64,000 nt of DNA from Dehalococcoidia bacterium (GCA_963555985.3 OY820591.1:2464001-2528000), one strand, 5' to 3'. Positions 9,650 through 20,633 are shown, counted from the first letter of the stretch. Notes: generated from the letters alone by a model not told the origin. Numbers and translations: made by a program.

Positions 9650-11287
9650 ATGACCACCTGGACCAACCAGCTCTACTTCGGCGACAACCTCAGCGTGCTG
9701 CGTGAGCACATCCCCGATGCGTCGGTCGACCTGATCTACCTTGACCCGCCCTTCAACTCGAATGCGACCTACAACGTGCTGTTCAAGGAGCGGTCGGGGG
9801 AGGATTCGGCGGCTCAGATTACGGCCTTCGACGACACCTGGCACTGGACGCTGGAGTCGGAGCGGGCCTACCAGGAGGTGGTGACGGAGGGGGCGGACAA
9901 GCTGGGCAAGCTGCTCCAGGCGATGCGCGAGTTCCTGGGCCGGAACGACATGATGGCGTATCTGACGATGATGGCGCAGCGCTTGGCGGAGCTGCATCGG
10001 GTGCTCAAGCCGACGGGGAGCATCTATCTGCACTGTGATCCGACAGCGAGTCACTACCTGAAGATGTTGTTGGATGCAGTGTTTGGGCCCGACAATTTCC
10101 AGAACGAAGTAACTTGGAAACGCACGACAGCCCACAATGATCCGAAGCGCTACGGCAGAATCAGCGACTGTCTATTGTTCTACGCAAAGTCAACACAGAA
10201 GACCTTCAATCGCGAGGGTGGATCATATTCTGATGCTCAACTTCGGCGCTACAAGTACAGCGACGAACAAGGACCGTATCGAGCTGAGAATCTTACAGCT
10301 CCGCATTTCTCACCAACACGAACTGTCGAGTGGCGGGGAGTGCATCCAGGAGCCAACAGGCAGTGGCGTTTCTCATTGGAAGAACTGGAGCGTCTCTATT
10401 CGGCGGGACGAATCCTGCTCAGGCGTGACGGACTTCCCAGAAAAGACGGTTACAAGTCTTATCTCAGTGAGGCACCAGGAGCAGTGCTGCAAGATGTTTG
10501 GACGGATATCGGTCTCGCGCCAACGTCCAATGAACGCCTTGGCTACCCGACCCAGAAACCCGAAGCGCTGCTCGAACGGATCATCAACGCCAGCAGCAAC
10601 GAGGGCGATGTGGTGCTCGATCCGTTCTGCGGCTGCGGCACGGCGGTGGCCGTGGCTGAGCGGCTCAAACGGCGCTGGATCGGGATTGACGTGACGCACA
10701 TCGCGATCTCGCTGATGAAGCACCGGCTGCACGACAGCTTCGGCAGCGAGCTCTCCGACTACGCAGTCGTCGGACTACCCGAAGATGTCGCCAGCGCGCG
10801 GGCGCTCGCCACCGACAGTCAGAACGACGGCCGCTACCAGTTCGAGTATTGGGCGCTCGGACTGGTCGATGCGCGTCCGGCGACGGGCAAGAAGGGCGCG
10901 GATTCGGGTGTGGACGGCTACATCAACTTCTTCGACGACAACTCGGGCAAGGCCAAGCGGATCATCGTGCAGGTCAAGAGCGGCAAGGTGAATCGGGGGC
11001 AGATCGCGACGCTCAAGGGCGATATGGACAGTCAGAACGCCGCGATTGGCCTCTTCATCACGCTCGAAGCGCCGACCCAGCCGATGATCCAGGCGGCGGT
11101 CGAGGCGGGGTTCTATGAGCCGGAAGGTCTGCCGGGCAATCAGTATCCGAAGGTGCAGATTCTGACGATTGAGGAGCTGTTGGGCGGGGCGCAGCCGGAG
11201 TATCCGCGTTTCGCAAGTCCGCAGACGTTCCGCAAGGCTCCCCGCCGCAAGCGCAAGCAGGGCGTGCAGCGGCGGTTGGAGGAGTGA
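9650..11287 (+). CDS. Beta-class N6/N4 DNA methyltransferase fused to C-terminal Mrr-like endonuclease domain
   Basis: LIYLDPPFNS, YPTQKP, DPFCGCGT; C-terminal GAD.GVDG...IIVQVKSG; GGAG RBS before ATG 9650. Confidence 0.9.
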   Translation: MTTWTNQLYFGDNLSVLREHIPDASVDLIYLDPPFNSNATYNVLFKERSGEDSAAQITAFDDTWHWTLESERAYQEVVTEGADKLGKLLQAMREFLGRNDMMAYLTMMAQRLAELHRVLKPTGSIYLHCDPTASHYLKMLLDAVFGPDNFQNEVTWKRTTAHNDPKRYGRISDCLLFYAKSTQKTFNREGGSYSDAQLRRYKYSDEQGPYRAENLTAPHFSPTRTVEWRGVHPGANRQWRFSLEELERLYSAGRILLRRDGLPRKDGYKSYLSEAPGAVLQDVWTDIGLAPTSNERLGYPTQKPEALLERIINASSNEGDVVLDPFCGCGTAVAVAERLKRRWIGIDVTHIAISLMKHRLHDSFGSELSDYAVVGLPEDVASARALATDSQNDGRYQFEYWALGLVDARPATGKKGADSGVDGYINFFDDNSGKAKRIIVQVKSGKVNRGQIATLKGDMDSQNAAIGLFITLEAPTQPMIQAAVEAGFYEPEGLPGNQYPKVQILTIEELLGGAQPEYPRFASPQTFRKAPRRKRKQGVQRRLEE

Positions 11288-11533
11288 ACTCCATCGACAC
11301 CTCCGGTCAATCTCCGCAAAATCTCCCTTCCGCCTCGGCATGGACTAGCGCTGACGATTCCCGTTTCTCTCGGCGAGGGCAGAGACGAATTGGATCTGTA
11401 GATCAGCCTTCAGATAGGAGGGAGCGACATCCTTCTCCAAGACTCGCCTCTGAAGGGCACCAAGGTCCCGGGCCAGCTACAGTGGTTACGAGCCTATCAG
11501 ATTGCCACACAATTTAAGGCGTAGGGTGTAGCA

Positions 11534-11980
11534 ATGGAACACCAGTTGTGGGTCACAATCGCGGTTGGAGTCCTTACAGGCGTGAGCGCTGCCACGATCG
11601 TTGAGGGCATCGCATTCTTGCACCGTCGTCGGCAGAAGCAAAAGGTGATTGACCACTTGGGCGCATTGATTGTCCTCGGTGAGAGAAGGCTCGGTCTAGA
11701 CAATGTAGCACAAACAGGTCAAGAGGCTATCCAACGAATCGTTTGGATCGACATTTGGAAAACGTTCCTTGACCAGCTCCAATTGGTTTTCATAGCAGCG
11801 TCTCGTCATTTGTCCGATGAAGAGATAAAGATGTTCGCCGAAGAATTGGCTGAGTGCTATCGACTGTTTCCAGATCGAGACAGCCCACCTACCAAGCATC
11901 ACTATGCCCATTCGCTTCAGCGCTTTAAAGAGGCGCTCCCTTATTCGGTTGGCTTGTTCGATAAAGACTATTCCAAATGA
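11534..11980 (+). CDS. Hypothetical protein with N-terminal transmembrane helix, low GC
   Basis: 148-aa ORF with hydrophobic N-terminus followed by a basic patch; GC below flanks (28/60 at 11761-11820). Confidence 0.6.
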   Translation: MEHQLWVTIAVGVLTGVSAATIVEGIAFLHRRRQKQKVIDHLGALIVLGERRLGLDNVAQTGQEAIQRIVWIDIWKTFLDQLQLVFIAASRHLSDEEIKMFAEELAECYRLFPDRDSPPTKHHYAHSLQRFKEALPYSVGLFDKDYSK

Positions 11981-12096
11981 ATAATCTAAACGACTTGAGC
12001 TATGGTCTTGGCTCTCTATCGCTTAGACGCGTCCAACATGACCATTGTCGCAATGGTCTCCAAATTGAAGATATATGTCGGGGGATCGAATGCGCC

Positions 12097-14070
12097 CTAC
12101 TCCGGCTGGATCGGCGTCCAGCGCATGTCCCACTCGTCGCCGAAGCTGAGGCGGCCTTGATCGCTGTAGTCCTCCAACGAGTAGGTGCGGATCTCCTCGT
12201 CGGAGAGCAGGTGAATCTGACTGCCGACCGGCAGTGCGCGGCGGGCTTCTCCTTGCACCCGCAGCGAGGACTCGTGGGTCAGACCGTCGGCTGTGACGCG
12301 GACGCCGAGGAAGGCGCCGTCGTGGTCGTCCCAATAGCGCCAGTCGTTCGGGGCGACGGGGATCCAGGCGACGCCGTTCTGGTAGCGGAAGGCGCGGTGG
12401 TCGAACTCGACCGGGCTGCGGGCGTCGTCGCCCAGAGGCAGCACCGAGAGTTGGATCGGATTCGCCGGATCGGAGACGTCGAAGAGCGACGCTTGCAGCC
12501 CGCGTTCGCGTCCGGTGCGTTCGTCGGCGTCGCGCCCGATGCCGAGCAGCAGCCCGCCGCTGAGCGGGTGCAAGTAGCGCGAGAAGCCGGGAATCTTCAG
12601 TTCGCCAAGTGATTGCGGATTGGTCGGATCGGAGAGATCGAGCACGTAGAGCGGGTCGATCTGGCGGAAGGTGACGACGTAGCCCACGTCGCCGGCGAAG
12701 CGAACGGCGAAAATGTCCTCGGTTACGCCCAGTCCGCTGACCAGGCCGACTTGCTCCAGCGAGCCCTGATCGCCCTTGCCGGTCGCTTCGAGCACGAAGA
12801 CATTGCTGACCGTGGGCCAGCGATCCTGGATTGTGGTAGCGACGCGCAGGTAGCCGTCGTGCTCGGAGAGCGACCACTGCGAGAGCAGTCGTCCGCGCAC
12901 TTTGCCGCTGCCGAAGTAGCTCGGCGCGAGCGGCGCGCTGATGTCGAAGCGGTGGATCGCCGTGTTGCCCCAGTCGGCTGTGGGCGCGGCGAGGTAGAGC
13001 GCATCAACCGACGCATACACGGTCGGGTTGTCGCTCATCACACCCACGCTGCCCCAATCGCCGATCCCTTCCGCAAGATCGAACGAGAGCATGTAGGAGA
13101 GGCCCTCGCGCCAGGGCGGGCTGTCGTCCAGTTGCGGCGCAAACGTCTGCTCGCAGTCGAGCGCGCGACCGTGCTTGAAGCTACCGGCGACGTAATCCTC
13201 CAATCCGAACAGCGGATGCCAGCGCGCGAGTCCGCTGCTGCGAATCGCCGCCTCGTTGTAGGCCTCCGCTTGCCGTTCCGCGTTGCGCGCCCAATCGAAA
13301 TCCCAGGGGCCGACCCACTGGTTGTAGGCACGGTGCTCGAACACGATCCGCGCGTTGGCGCCGACCAAACGTGCGCTGACGAAGCGGCCGTCCAGATCCA
13401 GCTTGCGCAGCAGACGCGGCTTGGCGGCGTTGCTCAGATCGATCTCCAACACCTCCGTCTGCGCGCGGTAGCGGCGCGGCAGCGAACGCGGACGGGCCAG
13501 ATCGCCCACCTCCGGATCGAAGATGCTCACCGCGTCGTCCAGCTGCCGCACGACGACCGCCTTACCCCTCCCGATCAGCAATTCCTGGCGGTGCGCCCAG
13601 TCAGCGAACTCGATCTGCGCGACGGTTTCCACCGGCCCGCCTTCGGTGATTCTGGCGATCAGCAATGACTGAGAGCGCAGCACGTAGAGATACTTGCCGT
13701 CGGTCTTGATGATGTCCGACTCGTCCACGCCGCGTTCCTGCACGTTGGTGCCGGTTTCGGAGACCTCACCCTGATCGGCGGGCGCAGACTTTGCGGCATC
13801 AGCCGAGGTGGCCTCCGCGCTCTCCGCCTCCACGGCGACCGCTGCTTCTGCTTCCGCCGCTTCTTCAACCTCCTCGTAGTAGTAGTACTGCTGGCGCAGC
13901 GAGTCTCGCGCGCGCTCCATGTAGTAGGCGTGCAAGTCGTCGCAGCTGCTGAATCCACGCAGCGGCTGCGCGGAGGCGGTTCCGCCAAAGGCAAACAGCT
14001 GCGCCGCGACCACGGCAACGATCAGCGCTGGTACACCAGCCAGCAGCCAGCGGCGTCGGCGCTTCGTCAT
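12097..14070 (-). CDS. Secreted beta-propeller domain protein (Beta_propel family)
   Basis: Signal peptide; TNVQE.GVDE.DIIKTDG, LRVATT, VTFRQIDPLYV.DLSDP, GELKIPGFS.YLHP. Confidence 0.88.
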   Translation of the reverse strand: MTKRRRRWLLAGVPALIVAVVAAQLFAFGGTASAQPLRGFSSCDDLHAYYMERARDSLRQQYYYYEEVEEAAEAEAAVAVEAESAEATSADAAKSAPADQGEVSETGTNVQERGVDESDIIKTDGKYLYVLRSQSLLIARITEGGPVETVAQIEFADWAHRQELLIGRGKAVVVRQLDDAVSIFDPEVGDLARPRSLPRRYRAQTEVLEIDLSNAAKPRLLRKLDLDGRFVSARLVGANARIVFEHRAYNQWVGPWDFDWARNAERQAEAYNEAAIRSSGLARWHPLFGLEDYVAGSFKHGRALDCEQTFAPQLDDSPPWREGLSYMLSFDLAEGIGDWGSVGVMSDNPTVYASVDALYLAAPTADWGNTAIHRFDISAPLAPSYFGSGKVRGRLLSQWSLSEHDGYLRVATTIQDRWPTVSNVFVLEATGKGDQGSLEQVGLVSGLGVTEDIFAVRFAGDVGYVVTFRQIDPLYVLDLSDPTNPQSLGELKIPGFSRYLHPLSGGLLLGIGRDADERTGRERGLQASLFDVSDPANPIQLSVLPLGDDARSPVEFDHRAFRYQNGVAWIPVAPNDWRYWDDHDGAFLGVRVTADGLTHESSLRVQGEARRALPVGSQIHLLSDEEIRTYSLEDYSDQGRLSFGDEWDMRWTPIQPE

Positions 14071-14194
14071 TGGCGTCTCCCGTCAGTCGATCAGCGGCGG
14101 CCCTCGCCGTCCACACTATGCCAAACGCAGGCGCGCCGCAGAATGTTCCCGCGCTGCGAGCGACCTATCTTGGCGTTATCTGATTGGAGATGTA

Positions 14195-14872
14195 ATGCCA
14201 TCGACAAGTACCGCGACTGTGGCTGCGCCTGCCGAGGCTGCTGCACCGGCACAACCCCCGACGGCCGAGGCACGCCCGGCCCGGCCCGTGCTCGTGCGTC
14301 TGCCCGACGACTGGGATTTCAGCGATGCGGCGATGCTGGCGCTCTGGAAGCTCAATCCGCAATGGGACATTGAGGTGACGGAAGCGGGGGAGCTATCGAT
14401 CATGCCTGGAACCGGTTGGGACAACAGCGAACTCGCTGCTGAGATCATCATCGATGTTGGGACGTGGCGGCGCGCCGGAGGCGGCGGAAGAGTCGCGGGC
14501 GCCGACGGCATGGTGCGCTTCCCGCCCCCGAGCCGGGCGATGATGGCGCCCGATGTGTCCTGGGTGTCCGACGAACGGGCCGCACAGCCGGGCGAGCGGC
14601 ATGAGACGGTGCTGATCCCGGTCTGCCCGGACTTCGTCGTCGAGATCCGCTCGGAGAGCGACGATCCGCAGGATCAGCGGGAGAAGATGCAGCGCTGGAT
14701 CGAATACGGAGTACGGCTCGGTTGGCTGATTGATCGCTATGAGGGCCAAGTTTGGATCTATCGGGAGGGCCAGGCGGAACCCGCGCTGCTTGCGCAGCCG
14801 GAGCGACTTGAGGGAGAGGACGTGCTGGAGGGCTTGGTCGTTGAGTTGGGATGGTTGTGGGAGTCGGAGTGA
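14195..14872 (+). CDS. Uma2 (DUF820) family endonuclease-like protein, copy 1
   Basis: APDVSWV, CPDFVVEIRS.SD, KM..W...G.RLGWLID. Confidence 0.9.
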   Translation: MPSTSTATVAAPAEAAAPAQPPTAEARPARPVLVRLPDDWDFSDAAMLALWKLNPQWDIEVTEAGELSIMPGTGWDNSELAAEIIIDVGTWRRAGGGGRVAGADGMVRFPPPSRAMMAPDVSWVSDERAAQPGERHETVLIPVCPDFVVEIRSESDDPQDQREKMQRWIEYGVRLGWLIDRYEGQVWIYREGQAEPALLAQPERLEGEDVLEGLVVELGWLWESE

Positions 14873-14930
14873 TCCCGGCCGAACCGGAGCGCGCGTCCGC
14901 CTATCGTGAGAGCGGCTGATTGGAGAGGCA

Positions 14931-15605
14931 ATGGCGTCCACAGGTACCGCAACCGCAGTCGCGCCGGAGACGGCCGCCGCGTCGGAGCAGCTCACCACGG
15001 CGGAACGACAACCCACGCATCCTGTGATCGTGCGTCTGCCTGACGACTGGGATTTCAGCGACGCGGCGATGCTGGCGCTCTGGAAGCTCAATCCGCAGTG
15101 GGACATCGAGGTGACGGAAGCGGGGGAGCTGTCGATCATGCCTGGAACCGGTTGGACGAACAGCGCGGCTGCGATGCGGATTGGGGCGGCAGTGGTGGGC
15201 TGGAGCGACGCGAGCGGGGGAACGGTCGCGGGCGCGGACGGCATGGTGCGCTTTCCGCCTCCGAGCCGGGCGATGATGGCGCCCGATGTGTCCTGGGTGT
15301 CGGACGAACGAGCCGCACAGCCGGGCGAGCGGCATGACACGGTGCTGATCCCGGTCTGCCCCGATTTCGTCGTCGAGATCCGCTCGGAGAGCGACGATCC
15401 GCAGGATCAGCGGGAGAAGATGGAGCGCTGGATCGACTATGGAGCAAGGCTCGGCTGGCTGATTGATCGCTATGAGGGCGAAGTCTGGATTTACCGAGCG
15501 GGCCAGCCGGAAGCGGAGACGCTGGAGCGTCCCCAGCAGCTTGATGGGGAAGATGTGCTGGCTGGCTTGGTCGTTGAGTTGGGATGGCTCTGGGAGCCCG
15601 AATAG
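14931..15605 (+). CDS. Uma2 (DUF820) family endonuclease-like protein, copy 2 (tandem paralogue)
   Basis: Same motifs; long stretches identical to copy 1. Confidence 0.9.
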   Translation: MASTGTATAVAPETAAASEQLTTAERQPTHPVIVRLPDDWDFSDAAMLALWKLNPQWDIEVTEAGELSIMPGTGWTNSAAAMRIGAAVVGWSDASGGTVAGADGMVRFPPPSRAMMAPDVSWVSDERAAQPGERHDTVLIPVCPDFVVEIRSESDDPQDQREKMERWIDYGARLGWLIDRYEGEVWIYRAGQPEAETLERPQQLDGEDVLAGLVVELGWLWEPE

Positions 15606-15640
15606 CGATCGCGGGCTCCCGTTTCCTCTCGCAGAGCCGG

Positions 15641-16816
<1,176 letters not shown>

Positions 16817-17076
16817 CTGCTCAGCCTCTCCTCAGTGCGGCTGCGGCCGCCTGCAACGCAATCGCTCACCAGTCTAGCGCCTGTCGCGTTCAGGGATGTT
16901 CAGCAACGGGTTCTCCACTACATGCGCCATGGCGCCGTACCTGACCAAGGCGAGGCCGGGGCTGGGCACAGTAGCGACTGCGCGATAGAGATCGCGCTGT
17001 CTGTCCGTCAGAAAAAAAATGGCGGGACTTGTGGGAGCGGTCGAACGCTCGGTTCAACCGCTTCGAGGTAGGGGTA

Positions 17077-17430
17077 TTACTGAGGCTCATCCTCTTCCTC
17101 CGTGCTTTCCTCGTCCTCCATCAGGGGGACGTCTTCGCCGCGCATCAGGGCGACGGCGATCGCGTGCGGGTGCAAGTGCAGCGCCTTCTTCTGCTCGGCG
17201 GTGAGCGGCGCTCCGGGCAGATTTGGGGAATGGTTGGGCCGGGGCGCGGGCTCGGGGTGGGGCGCGATGCCGAGCGCGTGGTGGATCTCGCGGCTCTTGG
17301 GGTTGGCCGGGGAGAGTTCGCGGCGCAGGATGGCGAAGGCTTGGGCGCGGACGTAGCCGGGTTCGCGCTTGCAGAAGGCGAGCTCGCCGACGCCGGCCAT
17401 GGCGGACTGGTAGCTGTAGTTGAAGGGCAT
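17077..17430 (-). CDS. Orphan hypothetical protein (117 aa, acidic tail)
   Basis: AGAGAGG RBS upstream; promoter motif shared with ORF 36398. Confidence 0.55.
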   Translation of the reverse strand: MPFNYSYQSAMAGVGELAFCKREPGYVRAQAFAILRRELSPANPKSREIHHALGIAPHPEPAPRPNHSPNLPGAPLTAEQKKALHLHPHAIAVALMRGEDVPLMEDEESTEEEDEPQ

Positions 17431-17542
17431 GGGTCCGGGTTCCTCTCTTGCTCAATGAAGGACACTTGATCTTATATGGATGGGTGTTCGGGTGGGTAAT
17501 TTGGGGGTGTGTCGTGGTTGGCAGAGGGTTGAGTGCTGGTCA

Positions 17543-17730
17543 CGGCGAGATACCCGCGACGGGGCGCGGGTATGACGGAACTTGTTTGGGGCGGGGATGA
17601 CGGAGGTGGGGATTTCGCAACGGTCTCCGCAGGCGGGAATCCGGATGCCATTCGAGACGCCGCATGGATTCCCGCGTTCGCGGGAATGACGGAGATGGGG
17701 ATCTACGCGCAGGTCTTCTCAAGGGGGAGA
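17543..17730. repeat. Cluster of family-B REP-like hairpins (GTCATTCCCGCG-loop-GCGGGAATC type) with two MITE-type right ends
   Basis: Hairpins at 17550-17576 and 17666-17690; ends TTTCGCAACGGTCTC (to 17627) and CTACGCGCAGGTCTT (to 17717). Confidence 0.8.
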
Positions 17731-17839
17731 TTTTGGGTTTGAGAGGGAGGGGGAGTGGGGAAGCGGTAAGACACTCTTCTCGGCCTCGGCGGTGGTGTTA
17801 CGGTGATCTTGGGCGGGGTTGGAGCCGACGGTTGGCTGG

Positions 17840-20197
17840 ATGATGTCTGCACTTGTTCGCATTGCGGTGCGTGGGGCGGCTTTGCTTGGGCTGGCCTGCT
17901 TGCTTTGCGCCTGCATCTTCGGCGGCGAATCCGAACGCGATCTGACCGAGTACTTCCCCCAGGCCAGCGAAGAGGTCACCACCAGCGAGACTGAGCAAGA
18001 GACCGCGCAGGCCGCGGCCGACGACCAAGAGGGCGTCTACACGCCTCCGCCGGAAGAGCTCGAAGACCTCTCTCGCGCTCCGGCCAGCGCCCAGGAAGCT
18101 GTTCAACGCTTCTTCCACCTGCTCGCCAGCGGACACTTGCAGGAAGCCTGGTCCACCACATCGTTGGAGACCAAAGAACGGATCAGCGCCGAAGATTTCG
18201 AGCGCCGCTACCGCGATATCTGGGCTGAAGCGACGATCGGCGGCTTCAGCTGGGAGCTCGTGCCCAACGACGACATCAACGCGCCCTCCTACGAGGTCAT
18301 CCTGCGCTACCAGACGACCTTCTTCGGGGAGATCGAAGAGCGCGTACACGCCCCGACCCTGCGCCAGCCGCACTGGGTCGTGCACTGGACGCCGGACCTG
18401 ATCTTCGCCGGGCTTGGCCCCAGCGGTTACCTCGTTCGCGCGCAAGTCGAAATCCCCACGCGCGGACTGGTCCTCGATCGCAACGGGCTCGTGCTTGCGG
18501 GCGTCGCTGAGTTCGCGGTCGTGGGCGTCTACTGGGACGCGATCACGGATGAGGAGGCCGTGGTGAACTTCTTCATCGAGCGCTTGGAGATGGAGGAAGA
18601 GATCGTCCGCGCGCTCGTCTACCAGGATTTGCCCTCGTATCAGTTCATCCCCGTTGCGGAGCTGGAGATCGGCACTCCTGCGGAGACGATTGCAGAGTTC
18701 GAGCAGCTCGCTTCGATGGGCATTCTCGTTCGGCGCGAGACGCGGCGTCACTATCCCTACGGCGAGCTCGCCTCGCACGTGATCGGCTATCTCCAGGAGA
18801 TCAATCCGACCGAGCTGGAAGAGCTCTTCGTTGAGGGCTACCGCGCCGGCGACATGATCGGGCGCGACGGGATCGAACAGTCCTTTGAGCGCGCCCTGGC
18901 CGGACGGCGGGGCGGTCATCTGGTGATCATCGACCCCGAAGGCCGCCCGATCCGCGAGATCACCTACCGGCCCGCGATCGCGGGCAGCAACATCCGGCTC
19001 ACGCTCGATGTGCGCGTGCAGCAACTCGCCGAAGCGGCGCTGGGCGATCAACCGGGCGCGGTCGTCGCGCTTGATCCGCGCAACGGACATGTCCTCGCGA
19101 TGGCCTCCTATCCCCGGATCAACTCCAATCACATCGTCGACGGCGTCACCCAGGCGGAGTACGACCTCTACTTCACCGATGTGCGCCAGCCGTTCATCAA
19201 CCGCGCGGTCGAACAGGTCTATGCGCCCGGTTCGACCTTCAAGACGGTCACGCTCGCAGCGGCGCTGGAGGAAGGCGGCTACGAGATCTCCGACCGGCTC
19301 GGCTGTCCGACCACGTGGATGGAGGTGGGCGACCAGCCGCTGCACAACTGGAAAGACAGCGACCAGGGCCGGATCACGCTCGCCCAAGCGTTGGCCGAGT
19401 CCTGCAACACCGTGTTCTACGAAGTCGGCCTACAGCTCGACCGCCGGGATCCCGAAATCTTGCCGCGAGTGGCGCGCGGTTTCGGCTTTGGCGAGCGCAC
19501 GGGGATCATCGGGCTGAGCGAGGAGAGCGGCATTATCCCCGGCCCGGCCTGGAAGGCGACGGCGCTGAACGACGCCTGGTACACCGGCGATACGATCAAC
19601 ATGAGCATCGGACAGGGCTTCGTCGCCGTGACTCCGTTGCAGGTCTCGAACGCTTACGCCGCGCTCGCCACCAACGGCGTGATCGCGACGCCGATGATCA
19701 TCCAATCGATCGAACCCTCCGGCGCGCCGCCGCAGACGATTGAGCGCCGCACCACCAATTTGATTCCCGTCTCAGGCGACACGCTGGAAGAGTTGCAGGC
19801 CGCCCTGCGCACCACGATCAGCCGCCCCTACGGCACCGGTTTCTACCAGTTCGAGGGCACTGTGCTCCGCGCCGCGGGCAAGTCCGGTACCGCCGAAGAC
19901 CAGGTGATCGACCCGGAAACGATCGCGGACGTGGACGACGAGGAGGCAGAGCAGGCAGAGGACGAGCAGAGCGACACAGCACAGGAAGAGTCGGCGCAAG
20001 AGCAGCAGGAGCAACAGGAGTCGGCCGATCAGCCGCTCTACTCGACCCACGCCTGGTTCTCGGCCTGGGCCAACTACGACGAGCCGCGCCTGGTGGTGAC
20101 GGTGGTGCTCGACGACGGCGCGTCCGGCACCGACGACGCCGGGCCGATCGCGCGGCGGGTGCTGGAAGGCGCAATTCTCAATGACTGGGTACCCTGA
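17840..20197 (+). CDS. mrdA: Penicillin-binding protein 2 (class B) with N-terminal NTF2/MecA_N-like domain
   Basis: RG..LDRNG, R.YPYG, G..GIE, catalytic STFK, SCN, KSG; HAWF. Confidence 0.88.
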   Translation: MMSALVRIAVRGAALLGLACLLCACIFGGESERDLTEYFPQASEEVTTSETEQETAQAAADDQEGVYTPPPEELEDLSRAPASAQEAVQRFFHLLASGHLQEAWSTTSLETKERISAEDFERRYRDIWAEATIGGFSWELVPNDDINAPSYEVILRYQTTFFGEIEERVHAPTLRQPHWVVHWTPDLIFAGLGPSGYLVRAQVEIPTRGLVLDRNGLVLAGVAEFAVVGVYWDAITDEEAVVNFFIERLEMEEEIVRALVYQDLPSYQFIPVAELEIGTPAETIAEFEQLASMGILVRRETRRHYPYGELASHVIGYLQEINPTELEELFVEGYRAGDMIGRDGIEQSFERALAGRRGGHLVIIDPEGRPIREITYRPAIAGSNIRLTLDVRVQQLAEAALGDQPGAVVALDPRNGHVLAMASYPRINSNHIVDGVTQAEYDLYFTDVRQPFINRAVEQVYAPGSTFKTVTLAAALEEGGYEISDRLGCPTTWMEVGDQPLHNWKDSDQGRITLAQALAESCNTVFYEVGLQLDRRDPEILPRVARGFGFGERTGIIGLSEESGIIPGPAWKATALNDAWYTGDTINMSIGQGFVAVTPLQVSNAYAALATNGVIATPMIIQSIEPSGAPPQTIERRTTNLIPVSGDTLEELQAALRTTISRPYGTGFYQFEGTVLRAAGKSGTAEDQVIDPETIADVDDEEAEQAEDEQSDTAQEESAQEQQEQQESADQPLYSTHAWFSAWANYDEPRLVVTVVLDDGASGTDDAGPIARRVLEGAILNDWVP

Positions 20198-20201
20198 GCC
20201 G

Positions 20202-20633
20202 ATGCAGCGCTCACGCTTCCGCCGCCTCGTCCAGCAGGCGCTCGACGAAATCCCCGACGCGCTCTATGAGCGGATGGAGAACGTCGTCATCCTCGTTCGT
20301 AATCAGCCCACCGCCGAGGAACTCGAATCGGTCGGCCTCGGGCCGCGCCAGACCCTGCTCGGCCTCTACGTTGGGCGTCCGCTCACTTCGCGCGGTTGGT
20401 ACGGCGAGACCCTGCCCGATCGGATCATGATCTACCAGCAGCCGATCGAGTCGATCTGCCGGTCGGAGGCGGAAGTGGTGGAGCAGGTGCGCGAAACGGT
20501 GCTGCACGAAGTCGCGCACCACTTCGGGATCGACGACGATCGCCTGGACGAGATCGGGATCTCGCCGCCTCCCCGCGATCATGTCCGCGCCGCGATCAAC
20601 CTGAGCGAGCGCCGCCAGCCCTATCTCGAATAG
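20202..20633 (+). CDS. Zincin-like metallopeptidase (DUF1025)
   Basis: LLGLY.G.PLT.R, LPDRI.IY, HEVAHHFGIDD. Confidence 0.9.
   Translation: MQRSRFRRLVQQALDEIPDALYERMENVVILVRNQPTAEELESVGLGPRQTLLGLYVGRPLTSRGWYGETLPDRIMIYQQPIESICRSEAEVVEQVRETVLHEVAHHFGIDDDRLDEIGISPPPRDHVRAAINLSERRQPYLE

Noticed and set aside
14195-15605. Uma2 pair as a diversity-generating retroelement template/variable repeat
   Set aside because: No reverse transcriptase in the window, both copies are full genes, and differences are not adenine-specific
17543-17730. Hairpin repeat clusters (also 24.1, 27.5, 37.3, 38.5, 49.3, 61.4 kb) as CRISPR arrays or integron attC sites
   Set aside because: Repeats are degenerate, inverted and dispersed with no regular spacers; no cas or integrase genes
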